64,000 nt of DNA from Sphaerochaetaceae bacterium (GTDB lineage: Bacteria; Spirochaetota; Spirochaetia; Sphaerochaetales; Sphaerochaetaceae), in assembly GCA_963677695.2 (NCBI GenBank), contig CAXXUJ010000002.1:484777-548776 (forward strand), read 5' to 3'. The stretch's first letter is position 1, and each line of letters opens with the position of its first letter. This document shows, piece after piece, positions 57,045-64,000 of the stretch. Under the pieces are notes generated by a model, which saw only the letters and a program-made list of their open reading frames with translations, searched no databases and had not been told where the DNA came from. Both the position numbers and the translations under genes were made by a program.

Positions 57045-57683
57045 CTATCCTAATTGAATCAGGGCCTGTTTGAAAAGGAACTGTTCTTTCTCATGCACGT
57101 TCATGTTCTTCAGCTCTCCTTCATGCTCTGAAATGATAACCTGAAGACTCTGTACAACCTGTCGTTTATCATAGCCCATATCAGAAAGGGCCGCAACAAG
57201 GTCGCGGTATCCATCATCAAGACCTCGTATATCGTTCCGGGAACTTCCTGTACTCTCCTGAATGACGATTGTATCTCTGAGAGCGAGAATTATCTTCTGT
57301 GAAGTCTTCGGTCCGATACCGGGTACTGAGGAGATGAATTTGACATCTGAGGTATCAAGGGCTTTCACGAATGCGTCAATCTGTACTCCGCTCAGTATCT
57401 TGAGTGCCTGTTTTGCTCCGATTCCGTTCACTTTCAGAAGTTCTGTGAAAATACTCCTCTCTCTTGTATCGAGAAAACCGAAAAGGGTCATTGAATCCTC
57501 ACGATGCTGAAGGTAGGTTAAAAGTCTCACCTCTCGTTTCTCTGCACCCTGAAGGGCAGAAAGTCTTGAGGCGGTAGTATTGCTGATAAGGAGGGAGTAC
57601 TCTACTCCCCCTGAAGTAAGAATCACGGCATGTGAGGGGGAAGACTCAACAAGTTCCCCGATAATTGCATGAATCATGGTCAT
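57045..57683 (-). CDS. ruvA: Holliday junction DNA helicase RuvA
   Basis: 212 aa. MIHAIIGEL N-terminus and helix-hairpin-helix motifs (VNGIGAKQALKILS, VPGIGPKTSQKII). Confidence 0.93.
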   Translation of the reverse strand: MTMIHAIIGELVESSPSHAVILTSGGVEYSLLISNTTASRLSALQGAEKREVRLLTYLQHREDSMTLFGFLDTRERSIFTELLKVNGIGAKQALKILSGVQIDAFVKALDTSDVKFISSVPGIGPKTSQKIILALRDTIVIQESTGSSRNDIRGLDDGYRDLVAALSDMGYDKRQVVQSLQVIISEHEGELKNMNVHEKEQFLFKQALIQLG

Positions 57684-57693
57684 AACCTCCCGG

Positions 57694-58185
57694 TCAATGA
57701 AGTTTCAGCCTGCTGCTGCCGTTCTTAGCGGCACAGGTGATGGCAGCTGCCAGAGCATCTGCGGCGTGGTCGGGCTTCGGCTGCTTCTCAAGGTTAAGCA
57801 GGAGGCGAACCATCTCCTGTATCTGTTCTTTCTGAGCTGTCCCGATCCCTGATACTGCCATCTTTATCTCAAGCGGTGTGAAGAGTCTCACTTCAACCCC
57901 GACATTATTGAGCTGCATGATCATCGCACCGATGACCTTGGCAACAGAGAGGGCGCTGGTGACGTTCTTGGCAAAGAAGATATCTTCCATCGAAGCGATA
58001 TCTACCTTGTGCTGTACAGCGATCTCGGCAGCCTTCTTCGCTATGGCAATAATACGGCTCTCTTTCAGCTCAGAAGCTGAAGTGCGTATCACACCATAAG
58101 AAACAGGCCGGTAACGTTGATTGACAGCATCAATCACGCCCCAGCCTGTATGAGCAAGTCCTGGATCAATGCCCAGTATTCTCAC
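57694..58185 (-). CDS. ruvC: crossover junction endodeoxyribonuclease RuvC
   Basis: 163 aa. MRILGIDPGLAHTGWGVI and the C-terminal DHAADALAAAI motif. Confidence 0.94.
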   Translation of the reverse strand: MRILGIDPGLAHTGWGVIDAVNQRYRPVSYGVIRTSASELKESRIIAIAKKAAEIAVQHKVDIASMEDIFFAKNVTSALSVAKVIGAMIMQLNNVGVEVRLFTPLEIKMAVSGIGTAQKEQIQEMVRLLLNLEKQPKPDHAADALAAAITCAAKNGSSRLKLH

Positions 58186-58188
58186 CTG

Positions 58189-58935
58189 TTATGCCTCGGA
58201 ATCTTCGTAGTCATCCGGAATCTCAAGGTTCGAAGAGACATTCTGGACATCATCCAGGTCTTCGAGCTTGTCAATGATCTTCATGACTTTCTGTGTTTTT
58301 TCGTTATCAAGAAGGACCATCTGATCGGCAATCTTTGTCACTTCTGCACTTGTTTCCTTGTATTCAGCTTCCTGCATACCTTCAAGAACGGTAGAGAAGT
58401 CGCCGGGATCGGTCACAACCTCGATCACTCCGTCTTCAGTGGAAATATCTTCCGCACCGAGCTCGAGAGCTGCTTCAAGGATCTGGTCTTCTGAGTATTC
58501 TGCTTCATCATAGGTGATGATACCTTTGGTCTGGAACATATAGGAAACGGAACCGGTAGCGCCGAGTGAGCCGCCGAGTTTGCTGAGAGTGGAACGGACA
58601 TCAGCAGCAGTTCTGTTCTTGTTGTCTGTAAGGGTATCAATGATGATGGCAACTCCGCCGGGAGCGTACCCTTCATAGGTGAGTTCGTAGTAGGTGGCAT
58701 CACCGAGTTCGCCTGCACCCTTCTTGATTGCCCGTTCAATATTATCTTTAGGCATATTCTCAGATCTTGCCTTGAGGATGGCGGTTCTCAGCCGTGCATT
58801 GGAATCGGGATCACTCCCCCCCATTTTTGCTGCAACGGAAATTTCCTTGATCAGTTTTGAGAACATCACTCCGCGTTTCGCGTCAGCTGCCCCTTTCTTA
58901 TGCTTGATTGTTGCCCATTTACTATGACCGGACAT
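58189..58935 (-). CDS. YebC/PmpR family DNA-binding transcriptional regulator
   Basis: 248 aa with the MSGHSKWATIKHKKGAADAKRG signature. Sits upstream of ruvCAB, as is common. Confidence 0.94.
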   Translation of the reverse strand: MSGHSKWATIKHKKGAADAKRGVMFSKLIKEISVAAKMGGSDPDSNARLRTAILKARSENMPKDNIERAIKKGAGELGDATYYELTYEGYAPGGVAIIIDTLTDNKNRTAADVRSTLSKLGGSLGATGSVSYMFQTKGIITYDEAEYSEDQILEAALELGAEDISTEDGVIEVVTDPGDFSTVLEGMQEAEYKETSAEVTKIADQMVLLDNEKTQKVMKIIDKLEDLDDVQNVSSNLEIPDDYEDSEA

Positions 58936-59052
58936 ACCTGTACGTACCTCTTTCGTTATCGATTTTTGTTTTAAACAAAGCGCTTTAGCCTAACATGCAC
59001 CTTTCTTTTCCGTCAAGTATCCCCGGTATAGGTGGAGGAGAGCACCTTAACC

Positions 59053-60213
59053 TTACGGAAGCTGCTCGAGGAAGAGGCGGGTAATAGAGTCACACATCAT
59101 CAGACCCTCTTGTGTAAGCGAGTAACGGTCATTCTTATAATGGGCATGATGGGGCAGATGGGAATCAAGAAAAATAACAGCATCGGTAAACACATCAGCA
59201 AAGGAAACATCAAAGGTTTTTTCCATATATGGTATATCAATACCGTCGGTGGTCCTGAGTGATGATATCAGGTACTCTTCGAGTCTCTCCTGTGTGCTGA
59301 GCGGCTGTTCATGATATCGTGTGTCTGTAGGTTTCGAAACATATTCAACAACGTGTGCTATTCCCGTGGTTCGGATGACTGTTCCGTTCTTCTCAATCAC
59401 CCCGACAGCAGACGGACCGACTGCCTCATACCGTCCATCACTCCAGTAGAGCTGATTATGCTTGGACCTTGTTTCTCCCGTTCGAGAAAAATTCGATATC
59501 TCATACTGCTGGAATCCTTTCTCACTGAGATGGTTCCAGAGGGCGAAAAGGATGTCCCGCTCTTTCTCTTCATCATACGGAGCGAGTGTTCCCTGATTTC
59601 GTTTCTGAACGAGTCTCGTCCCTTCTTCCCAGGTGAGGTTATAGAGGGAGATGTGGTTGAGCGGCAGGTTATCAGTCAGATATTCGATATCTGATATGGA
59701 GTCTGCAATGCTTTGAAATGGGATGCAGGTCATCAGATCGGCACTCAGTTCTACGTGTCTCTCATCTGACAACCTTTTCATCAGATGAAGGGCAGAGAGA
59801 GTCGCTTCAAGGGAAGCAGAGCGTTCGAGTGTTGCGAGATGTTTTTCGTTCAGGGTCTGAATTCCTACACTCAATCTGTTAATTCCATGGTCGAAGACCG
59901 AAAACATCTCTTTAGTGAGACTCTCGGGATTCATTTCTATCGTGAATTCTTCAACCTTACCAGGTATTGAAACGATGTCTGCTATCTGCATGAGAGTATC
60001 GGGAGAGAGCATGCCGGGATTTCCACCCCCGATATATACGGTGGTATAGGGAGAGGTTCTCTTTTCGGCGTGCAGCTCTAATTCTTCGATAAGAACGTGG
60101 GAATACGTATCGATCAGGGAAGCAGAGGCATCAGCTGTGGAATAGAATGCACAGTACCCGCACCTGGAAAAACAGAACGGGATATGGATATAGAGTCCTG
60201 AAGCTTCTCTCAT
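59053..60213 (-). CDS. hemW: radical SAM family haem chaperone HemW (HemN-like, oxygen-independent coproporphyrinogen oxidase family)
   Basis: 386 aa. LYIHIPFCFSRCGYCAF cluster motif, VYIGGGNP and a HemN_C-like C-terminus. Confidence 0.87.
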   Translation of the reverse strand: MREASGLYIHIPFCFSRCGYCAFYSTADASASLIDTYSHVLIEELELHAEKRTSPYTTVYIGGGNPGMLSPDTLMQIADIVSIPGKVEEFTIEMNPESLTKEMFSVFDHGINRLSVGIQTLNEKHLATLERSASLEATLSALHLMKRLSDERHVELSADLMTCIPFQSIADSISDIEYLTDNLPLNHISLYNLTWEEGTRLVQKRNQGTLAPYDEEKERDILFALWNHLSEKGFQQYEISNFSRTGETRSKHNQLYWSDGRYEAVGPSAVGVIEKNGTVIRTTGIAHVVEYVSKPTDTRYHEQPLSTQERLEEYLISSLRTTDGIDIPYMEKTFDVSFADVFTDAVIFLDSHLPHHAHYKNDRYSLTQEGLMMCDSITRLFLEQLP

Positions 60214-60215
60214 GA

Positions 60216-61220
60216 TCAGCTGATCGGGGCAATCCGGTTGAACGGCCAGAAGATGAACTTGACCCGTCCTATGATGTTTTCATTGATAACCGGTCCGAAG
60301 TAACGGCCGTCCTGTGAATTGTCCCGGTTGTCACCGCAGGGAAGTGTGTACCCTTCGGGAACGTAGATTCCCCTCTCCTTCTGAGCGAGAAGACTCCTCT
60401 TTTCAAGTGAAGCGGGGTCGAGTTCGGCAGCTGCCAGTTTCGTGGAATGATCTATTTCATAGTAGTCAACCAGTCCCACATAGTTCTGAATGCTCTTATA
60501 ATCCTGCAGAAGGTAGGAAGGAGGTGAGGTTATTCCGGAATCCTGGAAGGCAAGCAGTTCGCCGTAGGCCTTGAACCCGGGATACAGGGTAGCATCGATC
60601 GTCTGCTTGGGTGCCGTATTGAGGTTGTTCACTTCTCGGAACTCAGGATCGGGAAGGGAAGAGGACTGCCCGAACCCCTGTACCTGAGCTGTTCCTTCAT
60701 CAAAACGGACAATGTCTCCTGAAATACCAGCCGCCCTTTTCACATAGAGACGTTCACGGGGGTTGCCGTTATCATCCCTGTCTATATTTACAAGGGAGAA
60801 GGTTGCCATATAGATCATCTGTGCAACGATATCATACACGGGACCACGGGATTCATACTGAGGATTATAGAAAACAATGACATCATCACGGAGGGGGATG
60901 TTTGACGAGAAGATCTTCGGTCCTGTGGGATATGTTTCAATTCCGTAGCTTACCTTACTTACATAGACCCTGTCCTTTATAAGGAACGTGTCCACCATTG
61001 ATGGTGTCGGGATCATGAAGAGCTGGAAAAGGTACTGGTTCAAAAGAAGAACCACGATCACAGCAAAAACAATTGCGTCGACCCAGCTGAAGATCTCCCC
61101 TTTCAGGGTCTTCTTCTGTGTCCTGAGAACCTTCTCATCCGCTTTCCGCTGTTTCCGTCTTGTGAGCAGCCTTTCGGTAGAACCGACAATCCACTGCGAA
61201 TAACTCTTCATGCAAGACAA
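60216..61220 (-). CDS. lepB: signal peptidase I
   Basis: 334 aa. An N-terminal TM helix, catalytic Ser box IPTPSMVDT, Lys box YVKRAAGISGD and GDNRDNSQDGRYFG. The start may be the Met at 61211. Confidence 0.9.
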   Translation of the reverse strand: MSCMKSYSQWIVGSTERLLTRRKQRKADEKVLRTQKKTLKGEIFSWVDAIVFAVIVVLLLNQYLFQLFMIPTPSMVDTFLIKDRVYVSKVSYGIETYPTGPKIFSSNIPLRDDVIVFYNPQYESRGPVYDIVAQMIYMATFSLVNIDRDDNGNPRERLYVKRAAGISGDIVRFDEGTAQVQGFGQSSSLPDPEFREVNNLNTAPKQTIDATLYPGFKAYGELLAFQDSGITSPPSYLLQDYKSIQNYVGLVDYYEIDHSTKLAAAELDPASLEKRSLLAQKERGIYVPEGYTLPCGDNRDNSQDGRYFGPVINENIIGRVKFIFWPFNRIAPIS

Positions 61221-61278
61221 CGTATCATAATAGATCTATATTGACAATAAGAGACCTAAGGGTTAGGTTTCTAACGGT

Positions 61279-62709
61279 ATGGCAAAAAAGAAAGAGCATC
61301 CTGCTCCGCCGGTGGAACCGGTACAGCTGAAACGCATGTGGAATCTTGAACCACCTGTTTATCTCACTATCATCTGGTCAGCGATCATCATTGCTGTATT
61401 TTTTATTGTCGCGATTCTTCCCGGTGCAATAAAAAGCGGAAGGTACTATACAATATCATCTCCCGTAGAGGGTTCAGCGATCTATCTCGACGGTGAATAT
61501 CTCGGGTCTGGAACGATCACCGAGTTTGTTCAGGCAGGGGACCATACCCTTTCCTTCGATTTCAGAGATATCGCTTCCACAGAGATAGATTTCAAGGTTA
61601 GGAATAAGGTGGTGTTCACTCACCTCTTCCCCAAAAAATATGAAGTGAGCTCCCCCTACTTCCTCAATGATGCTCAGGTCGGTTTATACCTCGATTCCAT
61701 GTTCACCGACGTGGTGGCTCACTCAGCGATTCTATCATATGACAATGTCTACCATTATCCCCCAATCTTCTCCTTTGCAGTGCAGACAGCTCTCGCAGGG
61801 AATGATTCACAGAAGATCGTATCATTCATGAAAGAGAGTGCGCTGTTTGTCACCTCTCAGGAGATGAGAGCAGATTACCTTACATCTCTTGATCTTCTAA
61901 ACAGCAGCGGTGTGAACATAAGTGAGCTTGAGGCTGTCAAAGAAAAACTGGAAAAGCTCACCTACTCTTCTGAAGAAAAACCATCTTCTCTCTCAGTCCA
62001 GAACAGTTCGTCGTATACCTCTCAGATCATATATCTCGGTGAAGAACCTATCAAAGGGTACACCTACCCCTCTCAGAAGGTGACAATCGGTCGAAACGTA
62101 ACTGATCCTGTGTACCCGGGAGTACAGGAGTCCTCTGTAACAGTGGACGTCCCTTCCTTCACTATCAGTGAATCGGAAGTAAGTGAATATCTCTATGCTC
62201 TCTTCCTCGAAGAGAATCCTTCCTGGGCTAAGGAAAGCAAAGATAATCTGATAGCTGAAGGTCTTGTAGATGACTCCTATCTTGACGGAGTATATCCCAC
62301 AACGAGTTTCGTATCGGCTACGCCGATCAGGAATATCAGCTGGTACGCAGCCACTGCCTTTACCGATTGGGTACGTGAGAAGACAGGAAAAACAGTTACA
62401 CTTCTGAGTGAAGCACAGTTTACAGCCGCCGTTGCGGGGAACACGTCCTATGCTGATTCAATTACCTCCTACATCGACGGAACATCTCCATCAGGACTGT
62501 TCGGAGGTGTATGGGAAATGACTTCTGATTCCTTCATTCCCCTTGAACGCTACCTCGGGTATGCTCCACAGAGCGATATCGATGGGACGATGATCGTCAT
62601 GAAGGGTGGAAGTTACGTAAACTCTTCAGATTCAATCGATCGGGCGACCATAGGTCTGATAAAAAAAGACGAATGCAGTGACACTGCCGGTTTCAGGATT
62701 GTGTGGTAA
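61279..62709 (+). CDS. membrane-anchored PEGA-domain / formylglycine-generating-enzyme (SUMF1) family protein
   Basis: 476 aa. A TM helix is followed by a PEGA-like segment (YYTISSPVEGSAIYLDGEYLGSGT...HTLSF). The C-terminal FGE-sulfatase-like motifs are ISWYAATAFTDWV, GGVWEMTSD, MKGGSY and GFRIVW. Confidence 0.78.
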   Translation: MAKKKEHPAPPVEPVQLKRMWNLEPPVYLTIIWSAIIIAVFFIVAILPGAIKSGRYYTISSPVEGSAIYLDGEYLGSGTITEFVQAGDHTLSFDFRDIASTEIDFKVRNKVVFTHLFPKKYEVSSPYFLNDAQVGLYLDSMFTDVVAHSAILSYDNVYHYPPIFSFAVQTALAGNDSQKIVSFMKESALFVTSQEMRADYLTSLDLLNSSGVNISELEAVKEKLEKLTYSSEEKPSSLSVQNSSSYTSQIIYLGEEPIKGYTYPSQKVTIGRNVTDPVYPGVQESSVTVDVPSFTISESEVSEYLYALFLEENPSWAKESKDNLIAEGLVDDSYLDGVYPTTSFVSATPIRNISWYAATAFTDWVREKTGKTVTLLSEAQFTAAVAGNTSYADSITSYIDGTSPSGLFGGVWEMTSDSFIPLERYLGYAPQSDIDGTMIVMKGGSYVNSSDSIDRATIGLIKKDECSDTAGFRIVW

Positions 62710-63173
62710 TGGCTAAGGATACCTATCATCTTCTACAGAAGAATAAAAAAGCATATTTCAACTACGAAGTCGTTGAAGATCTCGAGTGCGGAATCTCGCT
62801 AGAGGGGACTGAAGTTAAATCGCTGAGAGCGAACAGATTCAGTTTCGGTGATTCCTATGTGAAGATCGTGAACGGCTCTCTCATTCTTGTCTCTCTCCAT
62901 ATCAGTTCCTATTCCCATGCATCCATAGCGAACCATGAGATCGAACGGGACAGAAGACTTCTTGCCCACAAGGATGAGATTAAAAGAATACGAAGGAAGG
63001 TAGAAGAAAAGGGAATGACCCTTGTTCCTACCAAGATCTACCTGAAAGGCAACCTGGTGAAAGTCCAGGTAAGTCTCTGTCGAGGTAAGCAGGCCCACGA
63101 CAAGCGTAACACGATAAAAGAACGTGATACGAAACGTGAAATGCGCAGAGAGATGAAGAATTACAACAGATAA
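62709..63173 (+). CDS. smpB: SsrA-binding protein SmpB
   Basis: The Met at 62709 forms a TAATG overlap with the upstream stop. NKKAYFNYEV, GTEVKSLR, LLAHKDEI motifs and a basic C-terminal tail. Lies directly upstream of ssrA. Confidence 0.95.
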   Translation: MAKDTYHLLQKNKKAYFNYEVVEDLECGISLEGTEVKSLRANRFSFGDSYVKIVNGSLILVSLHISSYSHASIANHEIERDRRLLAHKDEIKRIRRKVEEKGMTLVPTKIYLKGNLVKVQVSLCRGKQAHDKRNTIKERDTKREMRREMKNYNR

Positions 63174-63184
63174 GTTTCACGCTC

Positions 63185-63213
63185 TTGATTATTTTACTCA
63201 ACAGACGTATATT
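63185..63213 (+). promoter_or_regulatory. sigma70-type promoter of ssrA
   Basis: TTGATT (63185-90), a 17-nt spacer, then TATATT (63208-13). It lies about 18 nt upstream of the mature tmRNA 5' end. Confidence 0.5.
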
Positions 63214-63231
63214 CTTGTTGGATCCCCGAAA

Positions 63232-63600
63232 GGGGGTGTATTGGTTTCGACTGGCGGCAGATCATGCCAGTGGTCGCAGGCGGAGCGCCAACTCCTAAAA
63301 CTAGCAAACAATTTAACTGCCAAGAAAGAAGACGAAGTCTTTGACGACGCAGAATACGCTCTTGCTGCTTAAGTAACAGCGTACAGGCATTACCGGCGCG
63401 GCTCCTAACCTGTGATGACCTGTAAAACTTTGGGGCTTACGTATTCGCCGACCGGGTGCGGACGCGGACATCTTACCGGTGTAGAGATGGTGACGGATGT
63501 TGCTGATCCGATCCACTCTCGAAACACATGATCAGCAACTAAGCCTGTAGAAGCCATTGGGTGGCCCGTTAGGACGGGGGTTCGACTCCCCCCACCTCCA
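63232..63600 (+). ncRNA. ssrA: tmRNA (transfer-messenger RNA), standard one-piece form
   Basis: 5' GGGGGTG pairs with 3' CACCTCC, including the G3-U70 alanine identity pair. The T-arm is GGGGGTTCGACTCCCCC with discriminator A. The internal tag ORF starts at GCA (63304) and ends ...GCT CTT GCT GCT TAA. CCA is not encoded. Confidence 0.93.
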
Positions 63601-63615
63601 ATACTTCTTTAAGAG

Positions 63616-63660
63616 AACCTGTCTATCCAAGGATACCTATCCGGATTGACAGGTTTTCTT
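63616..63660 (+). terminator. terminator hairpin after ssrA
   Basis: AACCTGTC (63616-23) / GACAGGTT (63648-55) enclose a structured 24-nt loop and are followed by TTCTTATAT. The hairpin sits between ssrA and the convergent downstream gene. Confidence 0.5.
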
Positions 63661-64000
63661 ATATCAACCCGACAGGTTTGATATTCACTCCGATTCGAAC
63701 ATAGGGGTCGAGTGCATGCTGATACCTGAGTTCCCATCCAACAGATTCTGAAATGAAAAAAGCGTAAGTGATGCCGCCTGCGGCTTCAAGAGAATACATA
63801 TACCCGTCCGATACCGAGTTCCCACCAAGAGAGAATCTCCCTCCACCTTCAACGTGTACGATTGGAAACAGATTACTGTACACCTTATCTCTTACACCGA
63901 TCCTATTCACTGCTGTCTGATACACTCCCACGTGCTGAACACCTGCACTTATTGAAGCAAAAGGTTTTATAAGCATCACTGATTCATCGAGGCCATGCCA
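63659..64000 (-). CDS. hypothetical protein, C-terminal part (possibly an outer-membrane beta-barrel); 5' end outside the window
   Basis: The frame stays open from 63979 to the window edge. The sequence shows an alternating hydrophobic and G/Y/S pattern (FSLGGNSVSDGYMYSLEAAGGITYAFFISESVGWELRYQ). No family motif recognised. Confidence 0.4.
   Translation of the reverse strand, partial: WHGLDESVMLIKPFASISAGVQHVGVYQTAVNRIGVRDKVYSNLFPIVHVEGGGRFSLGGNSVSDGYMYSLEAAGGITYAFFISESVGWELRYQHALDPYVRIGVNIKPVGLI

Noticed and set aside
63313-63516. A 67-aa minus-strand ORF.
   Set aside because: It lies inside the tmRNA gene, antisense to the tag region and pseudoknots.
1-64000. Search for CRISPR arrays, IS elements or transposases, integrases, prophage genes, toxin-antitoxin pairs, restriction-modification systems, retron- or DGR-like reverse transcriptases, or any defence-island architecture.
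   Set aside because: None found. Every ORF longer than 150 aa is either a recognisable housekeeping gene or a single hypothetical membrane, lipoprotein or secreted protein. No spacer-repeat periodicity, terminal inverted repeats, or tRNA-adjacent integration scars (direct repeats of the tRNA 3' ends) were seen by eye.

Overview
This window is a densely packed, almost entirely housekeeping chromosome segment. It most likely comes from a member of the Spirochaetota. The evidence for that is a roughly 900-aa GreA carrying a long N-terminal extension, tamB directly upstream of bamA with no tamA (as in Borrelia), and a hyper-acidic RpoD N-terminus. I can support 54 protein-coding genes, two of them cut by the window edges. 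I can also support two tRNAs (Thr-UGU, Tyr-GUA), RNase P RNA (rnpB) and tmRNA (ssrA), plus several promoter and terminator candidates. The main conserved blocks, in order: dnaG-rpoD-(COG1579 zinc-ribbon gene)-rnpB-radical SAM. A roughly 37-kb co-directional minus-strand run: rpsA-cmk-rluB-scpB-scpA-recA-dtd-rpe, then murJ-tgt-lptF/G-dut-pnp-rpsO-ribF-truB-rbfA-infB-nusA-rimP, then mutS-bamA-tamB. Finally queA-ruvBAC-yebC-hemW-lepB and smpB-ssrA. I found no CRISPR array, transposase or integrase, phage module, toxin-antitoxin pair or defence-island-like cluster. All intergenic gaps longer than about 100 nt are explained by promoters, leaders, terminators or RNA genes. I therefore cannot honestly point to a convincing undescribed system here; this reads as an ordinary core region. 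The items most worth a second look are modest. (1) A terminator-like hairpin plus U-tract in the greA leader behind a near-consensus promoter, which resembles GraL. (2) A similar leader hairpin directly upstream of rimP-nusA. (3) A thymidylate kinase homologue whose P-loop lysine is replaced by Thr. (4) A RibF whose riboflavin-kinase half is short and lacks a PTAN motif. (5) A BamA with about seven POTRA-like repeats. (6) A NusA with a C-terminal zinc ribbon. (7) A 22-codon tmRNA tag. (8) A low-GC orphan lipoprotein gene. All functional calls rest on motif recognition by eye. No database search was run.
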